Part shown: in pieces, positions 9,995 through 20,600 of the stretch
Numbering within the stretch: the stretch's first letter is position 1
How the letters are laid out: every line of letters begins with the position of its first letter
IMG/VR virus record: IMGVR_UViG_3300014208_001433
Coordinates: 29,134 to 93,133 of that record
Length of the DNA stretch: 64,000 nt
Reading direction: 5' to 3' (one strand)
Source of the DNA: a virus
Translations under genes and position numbers: made by a program
Notes under the pieces: generated by a model
What the model saw: only the letters and a program-made list of their open reading frames with translations
Database searches by the model: none
Told to the model about the DNA's origin: nothing

Positions 9995-10722
9995 CTACGC
10001 CGCAACATGGCATACAGGCTGCATTAATACAGTACGTCATTTATCCTAAGTGGTATTTAATAATTGCAGCAGCTTTATTGGGGATGCGCCCCGACTTAAC
10101 GAGATTATTCCAAAAAAATCGGTCTGATTGGGCTGGATATAATAAACTCCATGCACTTACTTTTTTAAACTTGTCGATCCCTTATTCAAACATCCACATT
10201 CTTCTTGATTCGTTTATGCACGATAAGAAAACCGGTGAGTGGAAGGCTTGGGTAAAATACGCAGAGGGAGTTTTTTGGGTAGTAGAATGGTTTTTAATGT
10301 TAAAAATATTTTATAAAGGTAAGGGAATGTTAATAGTTATTACAGTTGGTTTATTATTTGTGACTTGTGCTGCGTTGGCAGAGAGCTATGAATATCGCGA
10401 AAGATATGTTGTTACGGATATTTTGCAGGACAGGTATTTGACTAAGTCTTGGCATTGGTTCCAATTGTTTGAGCGTGTATTTGCAATACTCTTTGGTTAT
10501 TGCTTGTCTTCCTATTTGATAAGCATAGGCGAGGCTGTTAAGGTGGTTTTCTTAATAGCCTCAGTTTTCTGGACAGCTTATGACGGGGCAATAAATATTG
10601 CGCGTAATAAGAATATTTTTTTTATAAGCGGGCAGAGCACAAGTACGTTTGATGTTTTTGCTCATCCTTGGTTAAAGATCGGTTTACTAATCACTTCACT
10701 TATTATTTTATTGTTTTTATGA
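9991..10722 (+). CDS. Multi-pass membrane protein
   Basis: Several hydrophobic segments. Confidence 0.6.
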   Translation: MTTPQHGIQAALIQYVIYPKWYLIIAAALLGMRPDLTRLFQKNRSDWAGYNKLHALTFLNLSIPYSNIHILLDSFMHDKKTGEWKAWVKYAEGVFWVVEWFLMLKIFYKGKGMLIVITVGLLFVTCAALAESYEYRERYVVTDILQDRYLTKSWHWFQLFERVFAILFGYCLSSYLISIGEAVKVVFLIASVFWTAYDGAINIARNKNIFFISGQSTSTFDVFAHPWLKIGLLITSLIILLFL

Positions 10723-10735
10723 AAGGAACAAAGCA

Positions 10736-11188
10736 ATGGCGGATGGAAAAGACGAACTTACAAGAGAATTTAACAATGAATTCTTTAAAGCAGATTATAA
10801 TGAGTTTAAGGAAGAGATTAGGAACAGTCATAATTTGATTATGAAAAAACTTGAATCGTTTGATCTTATCTATATTGTGAATGGTGGTAGTGACGGTAAG
10901 GAAGTAGGCTGGAAGAGAAAAGATTTATTTCAGGTGCTTTATGATAATGGAGTAAAAAAGACTAAAGCGATGGAAGAAAGTTTTAAGGCGGAAATAAAAA
11001 AAATAAGAGAAGAGCTTACAGACCATATGGATAGCGGGTTTAAGAGCGGGATAGGCAAGTTAAATTGGTGGAGTTCAAAGTTATTGCCGATAATAATTTT
11101 AGCTGGGGTGATCGTATCGATTATTCTTGTGCTGATAGGGCAGCATGAATTAGCGGAAAAAATACAGAGTATTACAAAAAGCAATTAG
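10736..11188 (+). CDS. Membrane-anchored hypothetical protein
   Basis: AAGGA SD; C-terminal hydrophobic helix LLPIIILAGVIVSIILVLIG. Confidence 0.6.
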   Translation: MADGKDELTREFNNEFFKADYNEFKEEIRNSHNLIMKKLESFDLIYIVNGGSDGKEVGWKRKDLFQVLYDNGVKKTKAMEESFKAEIKKIREELTDHMDSGFKSGIGKLNWWSSKLLPIIILAGVIVSIILVLIGQHELAEKIQSITKSN

Positions 11189-11198
11189 GAATTAAAAA

Positions 11199-14100
11199 AT
11201 GTTTTTATATAAGTTACCGGATTATGAAGGGGGATTTGTTACTAAATCTATTGAGTGCAATTGCATAGTAACAAGAGATGCAAACGGGCACTTGCTGGAC
11301 AGTAAACCGGTTAATTGTGTAAAGAAGGGAGTGAAAACAAATTTTGGAAAGGTTGTGGATTATTCGAAGAATTTTGTAATTCTGAAAAAAGGGACTGAGC
11401 TTAAAAGGGTGAAAAGGGAAGTTCTGAATAATATTTTGTTAAAGAGTTTGGAACAACCCGAGATAACTTTAGAAAAGATAAAGGTATCGGGAAAATTTAA
11501 TACACTTGCGGGGAAAGTGTTGGTAAAAAGTGAAAGTGAAATTGTTAGGGATGTATTAACTGATCCCGATAAAGTTTTGAGTAAGGGGAAAAGTGTTATT
11601 TTTTCTAAGACGATAAATGGGAAAGAGGTTGAGGCTAAGGTTGAGAAAACCTCAATGTTTATGAATACGTTTTTACATAAAAGTATAACCGTAAAGGAAA
11701 GTGTTGCGGCGAAAAGAATTTTAATAAAGGGAATTGCAACAACGCTTAGAGCGCCGAAGGTGTTTAATATTCAGTCGGCAGTCGGCAGTAGGCAATCGAC
11801 AATGGGTGGAACTGCATGGAACGCGAAAGGGGGAATGAAACCGAATCATAAGTACATTGAACGGAAACCGGCGAAAAGTGGAGACGGGTATATTTATCTG
11901 TATGAACTCCCTTCCGGTAAAAAGGAATGGAGAGATGAAGCGGGAAAAGCTGTTGAGGGGGGACAGACGAGCGCCGATTATCAGTTGGAAGATTTTAAGG
12001 TGGGCGACATTGTTAGGCAGGATAATAAACTCGGCCGGATAATGGAAGCATCAACAAATATGCTTGCGGTAAATTTCGGCGGGGAAATGAAGGTGATCAA
12101 CAAAAAAGAGCATGTTGAAAAGGTTAAGCAGCATCAACTAATGAAGGAAGGGGCCACGATGCAGTATGAGGGGAACGATGCAAAGATATTGAGGATAACC
12201 GGCAAAGCGGCATTGATAAACACGGCTGATAATAAGCTAAAGGTGATCAATCTTGAAAAGCAGTTGGAGAAATACGAACCGAAGAAAGAGGAGAAACGGT
12301 TAAATAAATACAGTGATGTTTACCAGGGTGAAGCGGAGCGAAGGATAGGGAGCGGGGGAGCGGATAATTACAACATCAGTTATGAAGAGCAGCCTAAGTA
12401 TAAAAATTTTGTTGACGCGGCGAAGAAAACGGGATTTGGGAGAAAGAACGATCTTGAAATGGTGAAGCGCGTTGAAACGGAAAACGGGCTTAGAACGGTA
12501 AGGTGGAACTATAACCCGGAGGATCAGAATATTAGTTTTATGGTTGACGGGAAAGAAGATTATACTATGAATTTTATGGGGAAGAAGTATAAAATAAGGG
12601 ATATTACGGAAGACGGTTACAGTTTGGAAGATGCAGAAACTAAGGAACGGGGATTGTTCCTTTCTCACAAAGATTATAATAATGATTTGAAACAACAAAG
12701 AGACGAGGAGAGAAAGAATGTTGTAGTTGAAAGAACGGGAGGGGTGAACGGATTTGAAACGGTTAAAGAACCGGCGCGAACTTTTAGGTTTAAACCGGAA
12801 TACAGTGATGAAGAAAAAGAAAGGTTTGAGAAACGAGGGGGAAGAAGACCGAGCCGATGGACGCGAAGAAAAGATGAACCTTTGCAAAGCGAAGAGGAGA
12901 AGAAACGATTAACTGAATTGCAGGACGAGAGGGATAAAAAGAATAAGGAAGTTTTGGGAACGAAGGATTTTGCAGACTTTGAGAAGTTACACAAAGAGAG
13001 AGGCTTTACAATTGGTGCAAATAGATTCCATGCAGCAAAAGAAATTGAGGCAGGCGGAAGAACATTCAGAATAAAGAGTGAGTTTAAGCCGGAGAAAATG
13101 AGCTGGCAGACTTCCATCGATGGACCTGTTAAGAAATTGCAGTTGGGAGAAAAACATTTACCGATAACGGATATTTCAAAAGATAAAGTTTTCTACCACG
13201 AAGGGGGGGATGAAAAAAGTATAACCTTTGATGAGTTGAAAACGATTAACGGCAAGAGTTTGTTTGAACCCACAAAAGAGAGTAAAGGAATTGTAAGTAA
13301 TTTAGATCCGGTGAAGATATATTTTGACGATAAAGATGTAACGAGCGGGACTTATGAAATTGTTGAAGCTAATGAAATAATTGCTTCCCACAAAACGGAT
13401 GGAACGCCAAACAGAGATTACACGATATCAGACGCGCAAAATAGAGACCGCAGCACTCCGCAAAGTATTGCACAAATAAACAAGATCGCAGCGAATCCGA
13501 ATTTTGACTTTTTAAGCGACAGTAAGACCGCGCAGGACGGCGCACCCATTGTTGATGAAGATTATAACGTAATTGCCGGGAACGGGCGGGGAATAGGCGT
13601 ACAGCTTCATTACAGCAACAAAGGGGAGAAGTATCGAAATGATCTGTTGAAAAAGGTTGAGAAGTACGGTTTTAGTCGAGACGATGTTGAGAAGATGAAA
13701 CAGCCTATTTTGGTAAGGCGAACGAATGTTGACGCAAAAGAGGCGCAACGATTGGGAGCAATTAGCAATACCTCACAGATGCTTGCAACAGAGGAACGGG
13801 AAGCGGCAAAAGGAAAGGCAACAAGAATTGATGACGCTACAATAAATAATTTAGCCGATATGTTCACAAAAGGGAACCATGAATCACTTAATCAATATTT
13901 GGATGAGATTGGACCGGATGTGGTAGGTGAGTTACTGAAGAAGAAAATTATCCCGGAGAATGAAGCGCACTTGTATATTGACCCGAAGAGCGGGAAAATG
14001 GATGCAGGGCACAAAGAAAAGGTTAAGCAAATATTAACGCAATCGGTTTTGGGAGAGAGCAGTAAGCATTTTGAGAAGATACCGGAAGCGGCGAGAGCGG

Positions 14101-16295
14101 GAACGGTTAAAAGTCTTGGAGATATTTTTGCGCTGAAGGGGAAAGCGGGTGATCTTGTTCCTCACTTACAGGAAGCGATAAAGGTTTTAGCAAAGTATGA
14201 AGCGGTTAAGAATAACTTTAAATCGCCGGATGATTTTGTTAAGCAGGCGGCAAATGACGCATTTGAACCGTTGAAAGGAAGTAAAGAAGGATTGGCTTTA
14301 TTTGATCTATTAGCAGACCCGATAAGAGAAGTAACGAAGGAAAACGGAAAGAAGGAAAAGAAAAACGTAATAAGTGATTTTATCCGTAAATATAAGTTAA
14401 GTTTAGAAGGGGATATGTTTGGCGAAGGCAAACCGGCGAAGGAAGCGTTTGATGAAGTGTTCAAGCCGAGGTACGAGAAGGGAGTGAATAAGAGTTTGTT
14501 TAGCAGATTGCGTATATTTGGTAAAAAAGTTTTTATGAAATCTGTTGATACGACAAAGAATATTTTAGCGCCGAGTAAAAAGAATCCGGGTGTAAAACGT
14601 TGGCAAAAGGTTGAGAGCGGAAAGTTGAAAGTTGCAAGTGGAAAGGTTGAGGATAAAACACAAGTGACAAGTGACAAAAAGCAAGGGGAAGAAAAGATAC
14701 GACTAAAAGATGTAACAAAATGGCATGAATACACAAAAGGAAGAATGATTGAAACAATTAGAAAAAATGCCGTAGAAGGATTAAATAAAGAAATAGATAA
14801 ACATCAAGCAGAAATCAAATCATATGTATATGTTCCCGATCCTTATGATTTTCGTGATACAGAGAACCCAATAGAAATTAGTTTCTCGGGAAAAGAAAAA
14901 ACAGGACAACCTATAATTATCAGGAATGGATTTGAATATAAATTTGCATATCAGAGCAATAAATACGATAGATATGATAGATCACTCACAGATAAAGAGA
15001 TGCAAGAAAAAACAGACAAGAAGAAAAAAGACATCCAATGGTTGATTGATTATAATAAAAAGAAAATTGACGATATTAATAATGGTTTGATAGATAATAA
15101 ATTGTTTGACGAAGAGCAGAAAAGAATTGCAAAAGAAAAAGACGACCGAGAAATTGAAATCGCAAATAAATTCTATCCAAGTAAAAGTCTTTCCCGATCT
15201 TTAAGGGATATAACAGGAAAGAAACTAGGTTTGTCTTTGCACGACTTTCATGATGCAAAGGGTAATTCGGCGTATATAATAACTGATAAATTTAAAATAC
15301 GATTTTCTGATCATGAGAGTAGAACTGAACAGGATTTCTATAGATTGGATGAAAAGGATAAACCTTTTCGTCCAGTTGAATATGAACCAGAGGACATTGA
15401 CATAATAATTTACAAAGACCGGAGAGGGGACGCTGTTGTTACAATCGATGGGAATAACTATGGAATTGCGGATTATAATATTGATTCAATTGAAGATTTA
15501 AGCGAGTTCATACTTGAAAAGATAAATAAAAAAGTCGTTGATTCCGTAGAACCAACGACTACAAATGAAAGCAAACCACAATCGCTTAAGACAGAGCCGA
15601 ACGCTAAAAGCGGAGCGGATGACTTAGGCAGTGATAAACGTGCCGAAGCACAGACGAAAAGTAGTGAAGAGAAAGGAGAAAAGCAAATACCGCAAACGGA
15701 GACGGAGAATTTTAAGAAGTGGTTTGGGGAGAGTAAGGTAGTGGATAGTGAGGGGAAGCCGTTGGTGGTTTATCATGGCAGCAAAACACAGTTTGAGGTA
15801 TTTGATAAAGTAAATGGCGAATCATCATCTTCCGGTAGATTTGAAGGGTTTCACTTTGGGACATTAGACCAAGCCAAAATGCGGAACGGTAAAATGGTTA
15901 TGGCTCTGTTTCTAAAAGCTGAAAAATTACAACGGAGTAAAGATGAAGGAGGTAGGTGGTGGAAGAAAATTCAATCTGCAAAAAGTAGAAATTATGATGG
16001 CATAATTTATTTGAACAGATATGAAGGCATCCCTCTTGAAGAATATGATGAAGCAGAAAAACGAGGAGTTAAAACAGATGCCGATTCGCTTGATCGAATG
16101 AGTGATGAGCAATTTAGAAAAAATTTCCCATCAGCAAAAGATAGCTATATCGTTTTTTCTCCAACTCAGATTAAATCCGCTATTGATAATGACGGAAGTT
16201 TTGATCCGGAGAATGCGGATATTACCAAGGGGACGAAAATAACGAGGCGGATAATATTTAAGAAAAAGAAGAAGGATGAAACTTTTTTATTGTAG
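11199..16295 (+). CDS. Large polyvalent protein (1698 aa): DdrB-like ParB domain plus C-terminal ART-PolyVal-like domain
   Basis: About 13350-13780: YEIVEA..IIASH...QNRDR...GAPIV...GNGR (DdrB-ParB type). About 15696-16220: TENFKKWFGESKVVDSEGKPLVVYHGS...SYIVFSPTQIKSAIDNDGSFDPENADI. Confidence 0.75.
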   Translation: MFLYKLPDYEGGFVTKSIECNCIVTRDANGHLLDSKPVNCVKKGVKTNFGKVVDYSKNFVILKKGTELKRVKREVLNNILLKSLEQPEITLEKIKVSGKFNTLAGKVLVKSESEIVRDVLTDPDKVLSKGKSVIFSKTINGKEVEAKVEKTSMFMNTFLHKSITVKESVAAKRILIKGIATTLRAPKVFNIQSAVGSRQSTMGGTAWNAKGGMKPNHKYIERKPAKSGDGYIYLYELPSGKKEWRDEAGKAVEGGQTSADYQLEDFKVGDIVRQDNKLGRIMEASTNMLAVNFGGEMKVINKKEHVEKVKQHQLMKEGATMQYEGNDAKILRITGKAALINTADNKLKVINLEKQLEKYEPKKEEKRLNKYSDVYQGEAERRIGSGGADNYNISYEEQPKYKNFVDAAKKTGFGRKNDLEMVKRVETENGLRTVRWNYNPEDQNISFMVDGKEDYTMNFMGKKYKIRDITEDGYSLEDAETKERGLFLSHKDYNNDLKQQRDEERKNVVVERTGGVNGFETVKEPARTFRFKPEYSDEEKERFEKRGGRRPSRWTRRKDEPLQSEEEKKRLTELQDERDKKNKEVLGTKDFADFEKLHKERGFTIGANRFHAAKEIEAGGRTFRIKSEFKPEKMSWQTSIDGPVKKLQLGEKHLPITDISKDKVFYHEGGDEKSITFDELKTINGKSLFEPTKESKGIVSNLDPVKIYFDDKDVTSGTYEIVEANEIIASHKTDGTPNRDYTISDAQNRDRSTPQSIAQINKIAANPNFDFLSDSKTAQDGAPIVDEDYNVIAGNGRGIGVQLHYSNKGEKYRNDLLKKVEKYGFSRDDVEKMKQPILVRRTNVDAKEAQRLGAISNTSQMLATEEREAAKGKATRIDDATINNLADMFTKGNHESLNQYLDEIGPDVVGELLKKKIIPENEAHLYIDPKSGKMDAGHKEKVKQILTQSVLGESSKHFEKIPEAARAGTVKSLGDIFALKGKAGDLVPHLQEAIKVLAKYEAVKNNFKSPDDFVKQAANDAFEPLKGSKEGLALFDLLADPIREVTKENGKKEKKNVISDFIRKYKLSLEGDMFGEGKPAKEAFDEVFKPRYEKGVNKSLFSRLRIFGKKVFMKSVDTTKNILAPSKKNPGVKRWQKVESGKLKVASGKVEDKTQVTSDKKQGEEKIRLKDVTKWHEYTKGRMIETIRKNAVEGLNKEIDKHQAEIKSYVYVPDPYDFRDTENPIEISFSGKEKTGQPIIIRNGFEYKFAYQSNKYDRYDRSLTDKEMQEKTDKKKKDIQWLIDYNKKKIDDINNGLIDNKLFDEEQKRIAKEKDDREIEIANKFYPSKSLSRSLRDITGKKLGLSLHDFHDAKGNSAYIITDKFKIRFSDHESRTEQDFYRLDEKDKPFRPVEYEPEDIDIIIYKDRRGDAVVTIDGNNYGIADYNIDSIEDLSEFILEKINKKVVDSVEPTTTNESKPQSLKTEPNAKSGADDLGSDKRAEAQTKSSEEKGEKQIPQTETENFKKWFGESKVVDSEGKPLVVYHGSKTQFEVFDKVNGESSSSGRFEGFHFGTLDQAKMRNGKMVMALFLKAEKLQRSKDEGGRWWKKIQSAKSRNYDGIIYLNRYEGIPLEEYDEAEKRGVKTDADSLDRMSDEQFRKNFPSAKDSYIVFSPTQIKSAIDNDGSFDPENADITKGTKITRRIIFKKKKKDETFLL

Positions 16296-16381
16296 GTGAA
16301 AAAAAGATTATTTAAGTTAACATATAACATTTTATATGAATTAACACAACAAACAACAATAACTCTAAAGGAGAAAAGACC

Positions 16382-16846
16382 ATGTTACAATTCCCATTAC
16401 TCACCGATGCCCAGGTTGCGGCAAAGGATTTTATGAATCAAGGAGATACTTTAAAAGCGTTAGACCTTTTGCAGAATCTTCCTTACGTAAACGTTTCCGC
16501 CGCATTAGCTGCGGGTGCAACGGGCGTAACTACAAATGAGCACATCTTTGTAGCGCCGTGCAAATTGGAAATTTTGGAAGCGAAGTTCATCACTACTGTA
16601 ATTAACACCGGTACAAGCAACGAACCGGAAGTAAAATTGCTTGCGGGCACCGACATTGTTGGTGTTAGCGGTGCAATTATCTTAGCAGGCGCAGCAGTTG
16701 GTGATGTTGCAACGTTAACGCTTGATGCAACAAAAGTTGTTGTAGCGGCAGGGACAAAACTTATTCTTAGAATAGTTAATCCTACTGCAACAATTACTAC
16801 TCCGTTAACCGGAAAGCTTCAGTTCATCTGGAAACCAACTGTTTAG
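16382..16846 (+). CDS. Putative virion decoration/structural protein
   Basis: Strong AAGGAG SD; Ala/Thr/Val-rich beta-type sequence; followed by a terminator. Confidence 0.5.
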   Translation: MLQFPLLTDAQVAAKDFMNQGDTLKALDLLQNLPYVNVSAALAAGATGVTTNEHIFVAPCKLEILEAKFITTVINTGTSNEPEVKLLAGTDIVGVSGAIILAGAAVGDVATLTLDATKVVVAAGTKLILRIVNPTATITTPLTGKLQFIWKPTV

Positions 16847-16863
16847 TTCATTAGTACGGTTGT

Positions 16864-16900
16864 AAGTGGTTAGTAGTAATGTGTGACTAACCACTTTTTT
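16864..16900 (+). terminator. Rho-independent terminator
   Basis: aagtggttagt...actaaccactt followed by a T run. Confidence 0.75.
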
Positions 16901-16932
16901 AATTACGAATTCTCAATTAGGAATGAGGAATT

Positions 16933-17565
16933 ATGCTTAGCGAAGCTTTTAATATTGATTGTATGGAAGGGATGAAACAGTTCCCCGATAAGTATTTTGA
17001 ATTAGCTGTGGTTGACCCGCCGTATGGTTTGCCCAAAGATGCTGTACACGGTAGAGGCAAGCTAAAGGCGAGAGCAATAAATGCAATGGATATGGGATGG
17101 GATGTTGCCCCAAACGAAGATTATTTTAAAGAATTGTTTAGAGTTTCTGAAAAACAAATTATTTGGGGTGGAAATTATTTTGCGCTTATGCCTACAAGGT
17201 GTTGGTTAATTTGGGATAAAGAACAGCCTTTTGAAAATTTTAGCGCGTTTGAAATGGCTTGGACTTCTTTCGAGTCTCCGTCGAAAATTTACAGGCAAAG
17301 GACGGTTGAACCCGATCCAGATGGGAAAATCCATCCGACACAAAAAACAATTAAACTTTACGATTGGATATTTATGAACTACGCAAAGCAAGGGGATAAG
17401 ATTTTAGACACGCATTTAGGGAGTGGAAGCAGTAGAATATCAGCACACAAAGCTGGGCTTGATTTTACAGCGTACGAATTAGATAAAGATTATTTCGACA
17501 AACAGGAGAAACGCTTCAACAACTTTATTTCGCAATTGCAATTAGATTTTGCGATTGCAATATAA
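16933..17565 (+). CDS. Orphan beta-class DNA methyltransferase (DPPY, probably N6-adenine)
   Basis: VDPPYG, IIWGGNYF, HPTQK and ILDTHLGSGS motifs. Confidence 0.9.
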   Translation: MLSEAFNIDCMEGMKQFPDKYFELAVVDPPYGLPKDAVHGRGKLKARAINAMDMGWDVAPNEDYFKELFRVSEKQIIWGGNYFALMPTRCWLIWDKEQPFENFSAFEMAWTSFESPSKIYRQRTVEPDPDGKIHPTQKTIKLYDWIFMNYAKQGDKILDTHLGSGSSRISAHKAGLDFTAYELDKDYFDKQEKRFNNFISQLQLDFAIAI

Positions 17566-17577
17566 TTAGGAATAGGA

Positions 17578-17697
17578 ATGAACGGCAGGATGAGAATAGG
17601 CGAAGCTAGGTTTAGTTACTGGACAAATAGAGAGAGAAAAGAAGTTGCCGGGAATGAAGATCAATTTAATTTATTCACCCAGACCGAGGCAGCGTAA
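17578..17697 (+). CDS. 39-aa ORF absent from the ORF track
   Basis: MNGRMRIGEARFSYWTNRERKEVAGNEDQFNLFTQTEAA*. TAATG-coupled to the next gene, with the same gaggcagcgtaatg junction as the end of the first methylase. Confidence 0.45.
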   Translation: MNGRMRIGEARFSYWTNRERKEVAGNEDQFNLFTQTEAA

Positions 17698-20600
17698 TGA
17701 AATTATTTGGAATGACAATAGCAAAGAGTAAAGATAAACCGAAATTGCTTAAAGCATTCGGGGTAATATTAAAAGCCTTCGGTACGCAGTTAGGAATGTT
17801 TAATGATGAAGTGATTGAAGGGCAGACGAAGCAGAAAGACGGGCACAGCTATGTAGTTAAGAGAAGTAACAAGAATCCTCTTGTAAAAAGATTATTCAGG
17901 GCGGATAAGGAGGAGAGTAAGCCGAAGGAACTGAGTTTGTTTGATAAGAAAGTTACAGTAGGCAGTCGGCAATCGGCAGTCGGCAATCGGGCAGAAAGTA
18001 AACCACCGAAAGCGGAACCAATAAGACACACAGAGCAACCGGAAGCAAAGGACGATCTCTTCAATCAACCAAAGGAAGAGAGAAAAGAGCCGAAGGCAGA
18101 AATTAAAGTTGTTAAGGGGAAGAAAAACCGTAAAGAGATTAACGCTAAGGTTGAGGAGTTATTAAAGACAAAGAAAAATGATGAGATGAGCGCTGAGGAT
18201 GTTGAATTATTAGCGCAGTACACCGGACGCGGCGGATTGTTAGGAGATACGCTTGAGGATATCTCGCTTAATGAATTTTACACACGTAAGGATGAAGCGG
18301 AATTTATTTGGGATATGATAGGGAAGTTAGGTTTTAAGGGAGGAAATGTTTTAGAGCCTTCGATGGGAACGGGAATTTTTGTTGAGACAGCACCGGAGAA
18401 AGCGCTTGTAACCGGAATTGAGATTGAGGAGACGAGTGGAAGAATCGGACAGATTTTACACGGCAATGAACACGATATCAGAATTCAGAGTTTTGAACAG
18501 TTTGTAAAAGACTATGATAATATGGGAGCGGATTTAGAAGGGGGAGAATATGACGCGATAGTTGGGAATTGTCCGTTTGGTAAAAGGGGATTGAGCGCAA
18601 TGGATGATAGGGAAAAGAGCGATATAAAATTCCATGAGCAATATTTTATTGATCGAGGTTTGGATATGTTGAAGCCGGGGGGGATAATGGCAATGATCGT
18701 TCCAACAAGTATAATGGATAACCAACTTAATCAATGGCGGGGAGAGGTAAACAAAAAAGGGGAATTTTTAGGAGCAATACGAGTACCAACCGGAGCATTC
18801 AAACACACAGACGCGCAAGTAACCACAGATATAGTTTTCTTTAAGAAAAGACCGCCGGAAGTAATTGATCACTTGAACAAACTTTCCAAGGAAGAACTTG
18901 GGGAAGCTTATGACGATATGGTAATGGATGCTGATTTTGTTTCGGGGAATTTCTTTAAGAATAATCCGGAGTATGCATTGGGCACGGAAACAAGCGGAAT
19001 GTTCGGAATGAAGATTTGGAAGGGAGATATTACAAAGGCTGATCTTGAAAAAGTCGGTGAGTTATTAAACCATGAGGCAAGAGATTACAGCAGTTTAGGA
19101 ATTGATGTTAGTAAATATGGTGAGTTAGAAAAAGAACTTGAACCGGGAGATGTAAAGATATTAAACGGAAGAACTTACATACTTAATAAAAACCATAGAT
19201 GGGAAAGATTGAAAGATCAGGAAGTAGTATTACAAAACTTACCGGAAGACATTAAAAAACTTGGTATTACGAGTTGGGATGAATGGAGAATTAAGAGTGA
19301 GGACACAGCTTATTTATACGGTTTGGATAAGGACCAACTTAAACTTTTCGGACAAACAAGAATAGTTAATGAGCTGGATGGATACAACGGCAAGAATGAT
19401 TTTCAGACGGAATATTTAACAAAGGGAGTTGTGTTAGGTTTAGCAGTAAAGGATTTCAGAAAAGAGTTGCAAGACGGAAGATTATCCGCTGAAGAGGCGC
19501 AAATGGAAGCGGGGAAACTGAAGATATTGCTAAAGGATTTTATTGAAAAGTATGGACACCCGATTGAGAATTTAAAGTTAAATAAATTTTTTAAGAACAG
19601 CGGAAACGCGCCACTTCTTAATTTGGCAGGTAGCTATGATAAGAACGGCAACACTATCAAGATGTTTGATGATCCGCTGTCTTTTTATAAAGTTTATCAA
19701 ACGAAGAGCGAAATAGGAACAGTTGATAGGAATAATATTGTTTCGGTAATCGGTTTTCTTTTTGCAAATAATTTTCCAACGGATTATCAAACGGTACGAG
19801 GCGAGTATGAGGGGGATGGAGATATTGAAAGAGAGCTTGCATATAGCGATGAAATTTATTTTGATGAAGAAGGAAATTATAAACCGAAAGAGGAAGTCCT
19901 TTACGGTTACATTTACGAAAAAATTGACGCTTGGGAAAAGCAACGAACCGAACTGAAGAAGGAATCCAAGAACGAAAAGTTAAGCGATAAAGAAAAAGAA
20001 CTTAACGCGCAAAAAATGCGAAAGCTCGAAGATCAGATAATTGAGGCGAAGACGAGAGCGAATATCAGGGAGATTAAGCAGCTACCAATAATGTTAAGCG
20101 ATGCAGGGAGTATTTACGATATTGGTATTTTAAACAAATATTTGGAAGAAAAGATAGGGGCGCATTTCTTAGGTGAATTACGCAAAGATGAAAAGAGTGG
20201 TTTCATTCTTCCGGTTGATGAGAGTTCGGCAAAATTATATTTAAGTTATGCAGATATTACGAAAGAGGGGAAATCAACAGATGTAAAACGGGAATTGCGG
20301 GATCTCTTTAATAAAGATGAGCATCCGTTGTTATTTATGATTTTAAATAAGATGAATGGATTAGGTTTACCGGCATTACGGACAGAGGAAGGGATTGCTA
20401 AGAAAGAACAAGTCTTACAACTTGAAACAGATTTTAAGCAGTATTTATCCGATAGTGAAGAAGCTGATAAAATTGCAGATACTTATAACAGGTTGTTTAA
20501 TTCTTACATACAAAAAACGTATGATGAAAAACCGATAGAGGGAATAAAGCATTTTGCTTATGATAGAGTAGTTGGAAAAGACGCAAGCGGAAAAGATATA

